Program-made: the position numbers and the translations under genes | Notes under the pieces: generated by a model | What the model was told of the DNA's origin: nothing | Database searches by the model: none | What the model saw: only the letters and a program-made list of their open reading frames with translations | DNA from: Candidatus Omnitrophota bacterium | GTDB taxonomy: Bacteria; Omnitrophota; Gorgyraeia; Gygaellales; Profunditerraquicolaceae | Assembly (NCBI GenBank): GCA_030650425.1 | Contig: JAUSED010000012.1 | Coordinates: 64,905-128,904, forward strand | Direction of reading: 5' to 3' | DNA length: 64,000 nt | Shown here: piece by piece, positions 28,566-37,995 of the stretch | Numbering within the stretch: position 1 is the first letter of the stretch | Layout of the letters: every line of letters starts with the position of its first letter

Positions 28566-29705
28566 ATGGATAGATTGATTATTATAGGCGAGCGCCTCAA
28601 ACGCGCTCGCGAATCGTTGGGATTAACTCAAGAAGATGTGGCCGCCAAGCTTGAGATTGGCAGGCCTCGTTATTCTGATATTGAAAACGGTAAAAGGGAC
28701 GTTCCGTTAAAAGATCTCTACCGGTTTGCTGAATTTTACGGACGTCCGATCGATTATTTCGTTAAAGAAACCTTATTGACTGATAGCGGGTTCAAAGTTC
28801 TTTTCAGGAAGACCGAAGGCGACGAAGAAGTTGCTCGAGTTGTTACTGAATTTGAAAATCTATGTGAGAAAATGTGCGAGCTTGAGAATATATCAGGCGT
28901 TACAGTCCGGCCGCCAGTCAGTCAGGATTATCAATTTGAACGGAATAGAGAATGGTATTGGGGCAAGCATTACGCGGATATTGAAAGAAAACAACTTGAT
29001 CTCGGCCAAGCCCCACTGCGAAATTTAAGCCAGCTTCTCGAAGAGAAACGCGGCCTTAAGATTTTTTATCTGCCTATCCCGCCTGAACGCGGCGTTTACG
29101 GAATGTTTACTTATGATCAGAAGATGGGCGGATGCGTTCTTATTAATTCAAATCCGAATTTTGGCAATCAGCTTTTTTCGCTCGCGCATGAATACGCTCA
29201 TTTTGTGTTCCATAAAGAGAAGTTGGGTATTATTTCGACGGAGCAAGAGAGAAACTCAACAGATGAGAAAGTCGCGAATAGTTTCGCAAGCAATTTCCTA
29301 ATACCGGAAGATACCTTGCGCGATCTTTTTAGTATGAGAATCAAGGAAGATGATGATGTTAAGTCGGAAGATGTTATTTATCTTGCGGATTATTTCGGAG
29401 TTAGCTTTACCGCAATGGTATATCGCCTTAATAATTTAAAACTTATTACAGATAAGATTAAAGATGAACTTATAAATTATACTTGGGTAACCTCCGTTCG
29501 TGAATCGATGGGGATATCTGAGCCGGAGCGTAGCAGATCGAAATTTCCTACCCTTTACCTGCATCTCGCCATTAAGGCCTTTCAACAGGGGAAATTAACT
29601 ACTGCCAAACTCGCCGACTTCCTGGAAATTCCTCTTTATCAAGCGATGGATCTGGGGAGAAAATTAAGAGGGAGTATTCAGGATGGGCCCGGCGACTCTG
29701 TTTAA
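28566..29705 (+). CDS. HTH-XRE / ImmA-IrrE (M78 metallopeptidase, COG2856) fusion protein
   Basis: N-terminal HTH LTQEDVAAKLEIGRPRYSDIENG; C-terminal zinc motif SLAHEYAHFVFH. Confidence 0.8.
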   Translation: MDRLIIIGERLKRARESLGLTQEDVAAKLEIGRPRYSDIENGKRDVPLKDLYRFAEFYGRPIDYFVKETLLTDSGFKVLFRKTEGDEEVARVVTEFENLCEKMCELENISGVTVRPPVSQDYQFERNREWYWGKHYADIERKQLDLGQAPLRNLSQLLEEKRGLKIFYLPIPPERGVYGMFTYDQKMGGCVLINSNPNFGNQLFSLAHEYAHFVFHKEKLGIISTEQERNSTDEKVANSFASNFLIPEDTLRDLFSMRIKEDDDVKSEDVIYLADYFGVSFTAMVYRLNNLKLITDKIKDELINYTWVTSVRESMGISEPERSRSKFPTLYLHLAIKAFQQGKLTTAKLADFLEIPLYQAMDLGRKLRGSIQDGPGDSV

Positions 29706-30177
29706 CGGGAATAAAGTTGTTTTTGATGCCATGGTTATTATTAATTTCCATGGCCTTATTATGCTCGATAAGCTTATCGGTTGGGCTCCAAAAGAAATTG
29801 TTATTGAGAAAAGTATAAGAAAAGAAGCGAGCCATTCAATGAACGGCCCGATAGACCTTGAACCGTATATATCCAGCGGTTCTGTAATAGAAGAAGAAAT
29901 TCACGGCAAGGATCAAGAAGACCTTTTTTATGAGTATCGCAATAAAAGAATAGGTGATGCGGTTATCCATGCGGGTGAAGCCGCTTGCCTTGCGCTGGCA
30001 ATCTCAAAAGGCTACGGCCTTGCCAGCGATGAACTCGTTGTAAGGAATGAATTTAAATCTCGTTGTTCTGGCAAGACGTGCGTTCACTCGTGGGATATCG
30101 TGACAATTTCGCAGAAGCTCGGGTTTATTAATCAAGCCGAAGCGAACGCCTTGAAGAAAGGCTTATATTACGTATAG
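29683..30177 (+). CDS. Hypothetical protein, possible PIN-like nuclease fold (DUF4411-like partner of ImmA fusions)
   Basis: Overlaps the upstream gene by 23 nt. An early acidic residue in VVFDAMVIINF is consistent with PIN strand 1. Weak. Confidence 0.3.
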   Translation: MGPATLFNGNKVVFDAMVIINFHGLIMLDKLIGWAPKEIVIEKSIRKEASHSMNGPIDLEPYISSGSVIEEEIHGKDQEDLFYEYRNKRIGDAVIHAGEAACLALAISKGYGLASDELVVRNEFKSRCSGKTCVHSWDIVTISQKLGFINQAEANALKKGLYYV

Positions 30178-30179
30178 CT

Positions 30180-30518
30180 ATGCGAGGAAAATTTACACTT
30201 AATACCGCGAATATCGATGCCACAGTACCGGCTACCTCCGGCGCTTATGTGCTGGTTAACAGTAGCAATAACGCCGTTTATGTTGGAATGTCAGATACTG
30301 ATTTAAATGGCCGGTTAAAAAATCACCTGCCTGAGCGTGAAGAAAATTCGTGGATAAAGCGAAGCTTTCCGACAGACTTTTACTTTGAGTCGACAGCTAA
30401 TTCGCAAGAAGCTTATAGATTGGAATGCGAATGGTTCCATCAATATCGTCCGAGCTGTAATACCGCGCATCCTGCAAAATTATCTTATAGCTGGGCCTGC
30501 CCAATCTGCGGGTTATAA
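30180..30518 (+). CDS. GIY-YIG domain protein
   Basis: GAYVL...YVG...R...E spacing typical of the GIY-YIG core; 112 aa. Confidence 0.55.
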   Translation: MRGKFTLNTANIDATVPATSGAYVLVNSSNNAVYVGMSDTDLNGRLKNHLPEREENSWIKRSFPTDFYFESTANSQEAYRLECEWFHQYRPSCNTAHPAKLSYSWACPICGL

Positions 30519-30660
30519 ATCCCTGCATTTTCTGAAATCGCTGATAATATTTTGAAACCATCGTTCAGATAATTGCCCCGCTATTCGAAAATTTAGAATA
30601 GTTCGCTTATATAGATTTTGATTGCTCGGGCGTATGGGTATATAAGGGAGTATTATTAAA

Positions 30661-33600
30661 GTGATTCCAATTTTTTTCTGCCATATATGCGGGACAAATG
30701 GTAATTGTAATTTAGTAATTAAGCTAGCCGAGAAATTAACAGGCGATATTGAAGGGATAGACCCTTTTGTTGCTTGTCAAAATGAACGATGGAATTCTGC
30801 CAAAGACTTAAATGCGTCATTAAGCCAATCATATATCTTCATCCCAATTGTCAGTCCAGGATTTAAAGATAGAAACAATTGCACTTCAGAATTAGCGCAA
30901 ACCCGGAATCGAAAACAATTCGGGAAATTTCCTCTTATTATTCCTATTAAATTTAATTGTGGCGATGCTCTTATGAATAATCTTGGTTTTACCATAGATC
31001 AAGAAACGGAACAGGGCGATAAGTGGATAGACTTCTCTAATGAAGTCGAATTTGATTCGAAATATGAAGAATTATATCGGCGGATTCACTACTGGTCAAT
31101 AGACAATGATCTGGTAACAAATAAAGATTTCCACAAAGACCGTAAGGTATTAGATGTTATATTGGGCGAGAATGATCCAACATCCAGCCAGATAAAAATA
31201 GCTATAGATTATTGTCGTAAAGGACAAGAATACAGCCTGTATTTTTTGAAAAATCTTTCCAATCCTAAATGGCTGAGTCATTTGTATGCATCAGGGTTTT
31301 TTGCTTTTAATCCAGTTCCAGTAGAATCAGAAAAAAATGAAGGATTTTACAGTATTCCATTATGGGCAGCTGTTATATTTTTAGAAAAAATTGCTGTGGG
31401 CTTGGGTAAAAAAGATAAAGAAAGAATGCTTGATATTATTCGCAAGGTATCTAAGCCAGCTCCTCCTGCAGTAAAGCAAGATAATTGGAGAACATGGCAA
31501 TCGTTTGTAAAAATTCTCTCAAAGTTACAGATTGATGACATTTTAAGCGATGACATTGAGATGATCGCAGAATGGCTATATAGTAAATTTGATACATCAA
31601 TGGTGGTTATTGAGATTGGAAAAACTCTTTTGCCGAAGGTACTAACAGAAGTAAAAACAGCTGAGGATGCTAACAAGGTTGTTCGGATTATCCAAATTGT
31701 ATTAGATTCTGTCAGAGTTGAAAGAAGACATGGCATGATGTCTCACGGTCTTCAAAAAATGTTTAAAAATAATTCTGATTTACTCGGAGAAAAATGTGGG
31801 TTAGCACTTTTGGAAATTATACGAAACAAACTTGAAAGCGTTGTAGAAGAAAAGGATGATGCATATTGTTATATTTGGCGTCCTGCTATTGAAGATAGCG
31901 AACAAAATGTCGCTTCAGATGAGTATAGGCATATTCTTATTGCAGGTTTTAGGGATATTTATCTTAAATTCGCCTCTTTTCATAATGCAGAAACCTTTTT
32001 GCAATCATGTTACGAGTCGCCCAGAGATATCATCCAACGTATAGCATTTTATGTTATCGGTAAGCTATTTGATAAATATAAGAAATTAGCAGAGGAGATC
32101 CTGCTAAAAGACGCCAATAAAACATTTCTCAAAAGTAATTATCACCACGAGTTATATTTTTTGATCACAAAACATTTCACATTGTTATCAACGGATGTCC
32201 AATCTTCAGTGATTGATATTATTTCTGGCCTGACTGGTGATTGGAAAGATGATTCGGACAAGGATAGATTAAACTGTATGCTTCGTAGACGATGGTTATA
32301 TGCGGTTAAACAATCTGGATACAATATTTCAAATGAGTTAGAAGACAAATATTTTAAAGATATTGAATATAAACCTGAACATCCAGAATTTTTGAGTTAT
32401 ATCGGTCCTGTGTCATGGGGTGATGAATCAATGTTTTCATCGGCAGAGTTATTGTCTAAAGGTGGCATTGAAGAAATGGTTACCTTTTTAAATAATTTTG
32501 AAGGCAAAAATAGATTTGGAGAGACAGCTATACGAGAAGCAGGCCAGTCTTTTAAAGAAGCGATTAAAAATAAGCAGGAAGTATTTGATAATCATTTGCT
32601 TGAGTTTAAAAAGCTTAAATATGAGTATTGGTATTATGCAGTGCAGGCTTTTGAAGAACTCGTGCAAGATAAAAAGACGATTGGATGGGAGAAGGTTTTA
32701 GAGTTTTGCAATGAGATTATTTTAAGTGAAATATTATGGGATGGCAAAGGCAAAAAGAGCGATTACCCGCTTGAGCCAAAAAAAGATTGGATCCCGGCCG
32801 TTATATCAGATTTACTGAGAAAGGGGCTTCAAGAAGATTCAATCATTTTTACAGAATCGCAATATGGGTTAATTGATAAGGTTGTTAGGGTACTGCTTGA
32901 TAAACAACCCAGTACAGCGAGTGGAGATGATAAGGATGCGTTGACAGAAGCGATTAATACTACAAAAGGGCACGTGTTGGAATGTCTCAAGAGTTATGTC
33001 CTAAGAAGATATAGAGATTTTGAAAGATTGCCCGATAAAGGAATCAGGGAGAAAGAATCTTTTTGGAAAGAGGTAGAGCCATTATTTGTTCGGGAGATTG
33101 AAGGAACAAAGGAAGGAAGCTTCGAATTTTCAAGTCTATCCGGTGCTTATTTGCCTAATCTGTATTATTTGAATAAAGATTGGGTTACTTCGAATATTAA
33201 CAATATCTTTCCTACTGAAGAAAAACATTGGCGATGCGCTATGCAAGGATATTCTTACGTGAATACCGTTTATGCGGTTATCTACAATATATTAAGAGAT
33301 AACGGTCATCTCAAACGTGCACTTGATACAAAATTTTCGAACGATCAGACAAGAAGCCGAATTATAGAAAACATAGCGGTATCATATTTAAGGGGACAAG
33401 AGACTATAGATGGTCAAAACAGCTTATTTAAATATATTTTAGAGAAATGGAACCACGATGATATTGAAGAAATAATAAGTCTGTTTTGGTCTCACAGGGA
33501 TGTTGAATTAGACTGCGAACAAAAGGCAAGAATATTTAATTTTTGGCGGCATTGTTTTAATCAGATAAAAGGGAAAGAGGACGCACATAAGGATATTCTT

Positions 33601-33945
33601 TCCGATTTGAATCTGCTAGCGGTGTTCTTTGATCCGTTAACGGCAGAACAGGTGGATTGGTTAAGACAGTCAGTTAAATACGTGGAGGAGCGTTACCATA
33701 GTTCATTCCTGCTGGAATATTTTGATAAATTAGCAGAGAACAATCCCAAAGATGTGGGAAACGTATTTTTAATAATGTTAGAGAAAACCATCCCATGGTA
33801 TAAACAGGAAAATATTCAATCTGTCGTTGAAAAGTTTTATAAAGCAGATTTGAAAAATGAAATTGCTAATCCAATTTGTGATAAATATGCAAGGGCGGGC
33901 TTCGAGTTTTTGATAGAAGTTTATCAAAAATATAACAAGAAATAA
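30661..33945 (+). CDS. Large (1094 aa) protein with N-terminal TIR-like domain and a long alpha-helical/Trp-rich C-terminal region
   Basis: GTG start with AAGGGAG RBS. TIR-like blocks PIFFCHICG (betaA), SYIFIPIVSPGFKDRNNCTSELAQ (betaC-alphaC with the Glu), FPLIIPIKF (betaD). Confidence 0.5.
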   Translation: MIPIFFCHICGTNGNCNLVIKLAEKLTGDIEGIDPFVACQNERWNSAKDLNASLSQSYIFIPIVSPGFKDRNNCTSELAQTRNRKQFGKFPLIIPIKFNCGDALMNNLGFTIDQETEQGDKWIDFSNEVEFDSKYEELYRRIHYWSIDNDLVTNKDFHKDRKVLDVILGENDPTSSQIKIAIDYCRKGQEYSLYFLKNLSNPKWLSHLYASGFFAFNPVPVESEKNEGFYSIPLWAAVIFLEKIAVGLGKKDKERMLDIIRKVSKPAPPAVKQDNWRTWQSFVKILSKLQIDDILSDDIEMIAEWLYSKFDTSMVVIEIGKTLLPKVLTEVKTAEDANKVVRIIQIVLDSVRVERRHGMMSHGLQKMFKNNSDLLGEKCGLALLEIIRNKLESVVEEKDDAYCYIWRPAIEDSEQNVASDEYRHILIAGFRDIYLKFASFHNAETFLQSCYESPRDIIQRIAFYVIGKLFDKYKKLAEEILLKDANKTFLKSNYHHELYFLITKHFTLLSTDVQSSVIDIISGLTGDWKDDSDKDRLNCMLRRRWLYAVKQSGYNISNELEDKYFKDIEYKPEHPEFLSYIGPVSWGDESMFSSAELLSKGGIEEMVTFLNNFEGKNRFGETAIREAGQSFKEAIKNKQEVFDNHLLEFKKLKYEYWYYAVQAFEELVQDKKTIGWEKVLEFCNEIILSEILWDGKGKKSDYPLEPKKDWIPAVISDLLRKGLQEDSIIFTESQYGLIDKVVRVLLDKQPSTASGDDKDALTEAINTTKGHVLECLKSYVLRRYRDFERLPDKGIREKESFWKEVEPLFVREIEGTKEGSFEFSSLSGAYLPNLYYLNKDWVTSNINNIFPTEEKHWRCAMQGYSYVNTVYAVIYNILRDNGHLKRALDTKFSNDQTRSRIIENIAVSYLRGQETIDGQNSLFKYILEKWNHDDIEEIISLFWSHRDVELDCEQKARIFNFWRHCFNQIKGKEDAHKDILSDLNLLAVFFDPLTAEQVDWLRQSVKYVEERYHSSFLLEYFDKLAENNPKDVGNVFLIMLEKTIPWYKQENIQSVVEKFYKADLKNEIANPICDKYARAGFEFLIEVYQKYNKK

Positions 33946-33973
33946 TAATTTAAAGCCCTCTTTAGGGGAATCA

Positions 33974-35755
33974 ATGAATTTAAATCAAGTCGGAGTTTAT
34001 GTACCGGTATCAGAAGTGTTCCCGGATATACAAAGCAATCTTGAAACTTTCAAAGATATATTGCAACAATTAAGTCGTACTGACACATTATTTTGGTGCG
34101 CAAGAATAAATTTAATTATCACAAATCCTATTGAAAACGGCCATATTTCAAGGCAGCAGGTTGCAATCGACAAATTTTTGACGAAGAGCGAGATTGAGGC
34201 AGTAAATCAATTTGCCATGGCTCATGGCGGGGCTAATAGAGTTACGGTCTTTTTCCGAGGCCAACTCCTTGAATTAATGCGATGGGCATTGCTGTATTGT
34301 CACAATCATCCTAACGATGGAAAGACTTTTGAAGATCCAAATACAAGAAGGATGTTTGTACAGGCTGCACTTATTGCAAGTGATCTTTGGTCAAAGTGGG
34401 TGTATGGAAATAGGTTCTCTTTAGAGGGAGGGATAAAGATTGCAAGGGAAAGATCCTTAGGAGCTATTCGAAAAGCCATTGAGGGCACATCGCTATGTGC
34501 AGAATTGACGAGATCATTTGGAAGGGGATGGACTATTTTTATGGATTATTTTCGTAAGCAATATGGTTTGCTTGCTAGCGAATTTCAGTCCAAAGCAGGT
34601 TTATCAATTGAGGACTATTTTAAATGCCTATTGATTATCACAGTTCATTTTGCCAATCCTAGAAGCAATAATACCGGCATTTTTAATGCAACAACTTTTG
34701 CTGATTCTACACCGTTGAAAGACGTGTTTCAGAAATATATCACATTTGAGTCACAGTCAATAGATGAGTTTAAAAACGCATTATGGGGCAGTGGTATAAA
34801 TAAATTAGAAATGCAATATGAAATGGAATATGATTATTTATCTATGAGAGAAAAACCAATTTTACGTGCTGAGGATAATCGAGCAATTATTTTAGATCCA
34901 ATATTTTATAGCGAAAAAGCAAGTATTGGGCCGTTGTTTGTATTGACAAAGAATAAAGCACGTGGGAAAGCAAACGAGGTTTTTAGTGCCTTCGGCAAAG
35001 CGTTTGAAAATTATTCCTGTGACATTCTGAATAAGATGTTTCCAGATATTAATGCTATCAAACAATTGTTTTGTAATCTGAAAAAAAAGGATTTAAACGA
35101 AAGAGAATCAGAAATAGACGCTTGTATTAATAAAGGCTCTGAGTCGGCCATATTTGAAATAAAAGCAGTTTGGATTCGCGAAGATAAAATATTAAATGAA
35201 AATTATGAGACATATCTACAGCATTTAAGAGAAAAATATGGTGTTGTTGGGCAGCAGGACAATCCAAAAGCGCAAACAATTAAAGGAGTTGGGCAGCTCG
35301 CACGAATATTAAATAATATATTTCGTGAGGAATTTCAGGCAAATAACAGAGAATTTAGTGAAATTGTAACAATTTATCCCATACTATTAGTTTATGATAG
35401 TTTTTTAACCGCGCCAGTTTATGGCAATTTTCTTGCTTCAGAATTTGAAAAATTACTTAAACCGGATCACAAAAGGGGCTCTGGCGAACTCATTAAAGGC
35501 AGATTCACGGTGCATCCCTTAATCATATTAACAATAGAAGATCTAGAAAATTTGGAACTTTCGGTCGAACATTTTAGTTTTTTCGAACTATTATCTGATT
35601 ATTCAACGAGCTGCCCAGACCGTTTGATATCTCTAAAAAACTACATTGCTGACTCGAAATATAATAAACAGATATATCGCAATAAAAATCTTGCCAATAA
35701 GTGTCTAGAGCTATTTAAAGAAGCCAAGCTAGCAATAGCGACAAAAGAGCAGTAG
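33974..35755 (+). CDS. Hypothetical protein (593 aa), unknown function, co-operonic with the TIR-like gene
   Basis: 28-bp gap to the upstream gene; no recognisable motif. Confidence 0.35.
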   Translation: MNLNQVGVYVPVSEVFPDIQSNLETFKDILQQLSRTDTLFWCARINLIITNPIENGHISRQQVAIDKFLTKSEIEAVNQFAMAHGGANRVTVFFRGQLLELMRWALLYCHNHPNDGKTFEDPNTRRMFVQAALIASDLWSKWVYGNRFSLEGGIKIARERSLGAIRKAIEGTSLCAELTRSFGRGWTIFMDYFRKQYGLLASEFQSKAGLSIEDYFKCLLIITVHFANPRSNNTGIFNATTFADSTPLKDVFQKYITFESQSIDEFKNALWGSGINKLEMQYEMEYDYLSMREKPILRAEDNRAIILDPIFYSEKASIGPLFVLTKNKARGKANEVFSAFGKAFENYSCDILNKMFPDINAIKQLFCNLKKKDLNERESEIDACINKGSESAIFEIKAVWIREDKILNENYETYLQHLREKYGVVGQQDNPKAQTIKGVGQLARILNNIFREEFQANNREFSEIVTIYPILLVYDSFLTAPVYGNFLASEFEKLLKPDHKRGSGELIKGRFTVHPLIILTIEDLENLELSVEHFSFFELLSDYSTSCPDRLISLKNYIADSKYNKQIYRNKNLANKCLELFKEAKLAIATKEQ

Positions 35756-35893
35756 TCACTTTGCGTGGCTGTATATAAGATCGCACTAAAAATAAACATG
35801 ATGACCGTATTTGTTTTATGGCTGCAAATAGTTGGAAATAAAACGATAACCAAAATTAATGTGATATCATAGAGATAAACTAGAAGTTTAAAT

Positions 35894-37069
35894 ATGTTAT
35901 CTTTCGAGAAAGAATTTCAAGAAATTGGACATTGTGGTGGGCAGTATACTGTAGATGTAAAAACTGCCGCTGATGGACGTAGAAGCTATCAGTTGGGTAT
36001 GCGGCATTCGCGTCCAACCCCGGCGTCATTTTTTGCTGTTTATTTTCTTCCACAAGGTATTCCTGTTGGCATGATTCAGCTTGGAGGCATTGGGCAAGCG
36101 TGGAATCCTGCGCCAGTTCCCGGTAGTCTATCAATCTTTATTGCTTCAGATACTCAAAGCATGTTTGGTCATCAATGTCAAAGGTGCGGTGGCTACTGGA
36201 GATCAAGATCGTCTCCTGTGCGCTGGCAAATGACATGTCCTTATTGTGGGTTACGAGCTGAAAGCCATGCCTTTTTGACGGAAGGTCAGCTTAAGTATGC
36301 TAAGGCTTGTTGCGAGCTAATAGAACAAGCCCTATCCTCTGATAAAGACGGTGAATCTGTTGTGGATATGGACAAAGTGGCAGATGCAGTAGGAAAAGAC
36401 AGCGAAAAACCAAAGTTTTATTATGCAGAACAAAGCCAGCAGAATAAATACACATGTCCGGTTTGTAAAGAACTTAATGACATACTCGGGCGATATGGCT
36501 ATTGCTCCAGCTGTGGTACATATAATGGTGTTTATGAGCTCGAAAGTGATCTAAAGGATATTCGCGATAAGATTGCAAAAGGCAACCAGTATGAAGATTG
36601 CGCGAGAGATGCAGTAGCCGCTTTTGACAGTTTCGCTCGTCAAATAGTAAAACAGCTGGCAAAACGTATCCCTATGACACCTGCACGACAAAAAGAATGG
36701 ACTGGAAAGCTGTTCCATAATATAAAGCCATGCGCCGATGCCTTAAAAACCGTTTTTGACATTGATGCATTTAAGAGCTTTAAACAGGACGATATTAGTT
36801 TTGCTGTTTTTATGTTTCATCGAAGGCACATTTATGAGCATAACGGGGGCGAGGTTGATGAAAAGTACATTAAAGATAGCGGGGACACCTCTGTGCGTGT
36901 TAAGCAAGTTATACGCGAAAGCTCCCAAACAGCAAATAGAATTGTTGGTCTTGTTTCCAAGATGGCGCAAAATATTTCTGATGGATTTCATGAGATTTTT
37001 CCGGCTGAAGATATGCCGATTAAGCTCCAGCAGAATTCAAGGAAGAGCAAGGTCGCGACTGGCGTTTAA
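35894..37069 (+). CDS. Hypothetical protein (391 aa) with two zinc-ribbon motifs; GC-richer than its neighbours
   Basis: CQRCGG...CPYCG and CPVCK...CSSCG; codon usage is more GC-rich than flanking genes. Confidence 0.35.
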   Translation: MLSFEKEFQEIGHCGGQYTVDVKTAADGRRSYQLGMRHSRPTPASFFAVYFLPQGIPVGMIQLGGIGQAWNPAPVPGSLSIFIASDTQSMFGHQCQRCGGYWRSRSSPVRWQMTCPYCGLRAESHAFLTEGQLKYAKACCELIEQALSSDKDGESVVDMDKVADAVGKDSEKPKFYYAEQSQQNKYTCPVCKELNDILGRYGYCSSCGTYNGVYELESDLKDIRDKIAKGNQYEDCARDAVAAFDSFARQIVKQLAKRIPMTPARQKEWTGKLFHNIKPCADALKTVFDIDAFKSFKQDDISFAVFMFHRRHIYEHNGGEVDEKYIKDSGDTSVRVKQVIRESSQTANRIVGLVSKMAQNISDGFHEIFPAEDMPIKLQQNSRKSKVATGV

Positions 37070-37159
37070 TGGCTGGTTTGATAATACATCGGATTAAACG
37101 GCGTCGGTTGGCTGATCATAAGTGTTCGGACAGCGCGAAGCCATCGACCCCAAATGTTA

Positions 37160-37217
37160 CCCTCATACGAACACAGGCTCAAGCGAGCCACAGATTCGTA
37201 TGAGGGTTTTTCTTTTT
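37160..37217 (+). terminator. Rho-independent terminator (12-bp perfect stem CCCTCATACGAA…TTCGTATGAGGG followed by TTTTTCTTTTT)
   Basis: Seen directly in the sequence; closes the 30.6–37.1 kb block. Confidence 0.75.
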
Positions 37218-37251
37218 ATGAGGCAGAAAGAAGCGTAAAGCCCTCAGAAAT

Positions 37252-37295
37252 ACGTTAAGCACGTTAAGCACACGTTAAGAGTTAAGCATTAAGCA
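37252..37295. repeat. Tandem array of 5 copies of the 8/9-mer (A/C)CGTTAAGC(A)
   Basis: acgttaagc-acgttaagc-acacgttaag-agttaagc-attaagc. Confidence 0.6.
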
Positions 37296-37507
37296 GACAC
37301 TTTCCAAACTAATCGGGAAAGTGTACCTGACCCAAGATGGACAATGTCCCTTTCCGGAACATCCCTAAAAGGCTGCCTTAAATTTATATTCTACCTGTAT
37401 ACAGAGAATTCTTTCTGCCGCGCCGTATTTCTGGGCGTCCTGAGTGGAAATATTCCAACCAGTTATATCCTTGGGCATTCTTTTAAAATACACTGAAATA
37501 AAATCTT

Positions 37508-37550
37508 TGACAAAAATAGTTACATATGCTAACATTCGAATATATTAAGA
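37508..37550 (+). promoter_or_regulatory. Putative arsR promoter (TTGACA-17-TAACAT) with an overlapping imperfect palindrome AACATTCGAATATATT as a candidate ArsR operator
   Basis: -35 at 37508–37513, -10 at 37531–37536; the palindrome centre TTCGAA overlaps the -10; RBS AAGGAG precedes the ATG at 37563. Confidence 0.4.
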
Positions 37551-37562
37551 TGAAAGGAGACT

Positions 37563-37886
37563 ATGGGAAATAAACTTTATGAACTTCATGCCCAGATGTG
37601 CAAGGTCTTTACCTCGCCAAAGCGCTTAGAAATATTAAATCTTTTAAGGAATAATGAACTATCGGTAAACCAAGTAGCAAAAAAAGCCAATATTCGGCAA
37701 GCAAATATCTCACAGCACTTGAGTATTTTGCGAGAAAAAGGAATTGTCAAGACGCGCAGAGCCGGTAAGACAATCTATTATTCCTTGGTTAGTCCTAAAA
37801 TTATTAAGGCCTTCGATATTATAAGAGAAATGCTTTTAGAACGGCTTGCTGAGAACGATAAATTGATCAAAGGCATTCGTAAATAG
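37563..37886 (+). CDS. arsR: ArsR/SmtB-family transcriptional repressor
   Basis: wHTH segment ELSVNQVAKKANIRQANISQHLSILREKGIV. Confidence 0.85.
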   Translation: MGNKLYELHAQMCKVFTSPKRLEILNLLRNNELSVNQVAKKANIRQANISQHLSILREKGIVKTRRAGKTIYYSLVSPKIIKAFDIIREMLLERLAENDKLIKGIRK

Positions 37887-37995
37887 AAGAAAGACGAATT
37901 AGTTGAAGGCGCGGAAATTTGTTGTTTAACCGACGTTACCAATGCCATAAAAACGAGTAAGCAAACGCTGGTATTCTAAAAAAAGGGGGCATTAG

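Noticed and set aside
33974-35755. Attempt to assign the 593-aa island protein to a known Abi/defence family
   Set aside because: No nucleotide-binding, nuclease or peptidase motif could be recognised by eye. It is left as hypothetical rather than guessing.
37070-37160. Search for a direct repeat of the tRNA-His 3' end (possible attR) at the distal edge of the island
   Set aside because: Only a weak 9/13 resemblance (catcgaccccaaatg vs ttcgatccccgttag) was seen. That is not enough to call an att site, so the island boundary remains defined only by the terminator and the compositional shift.
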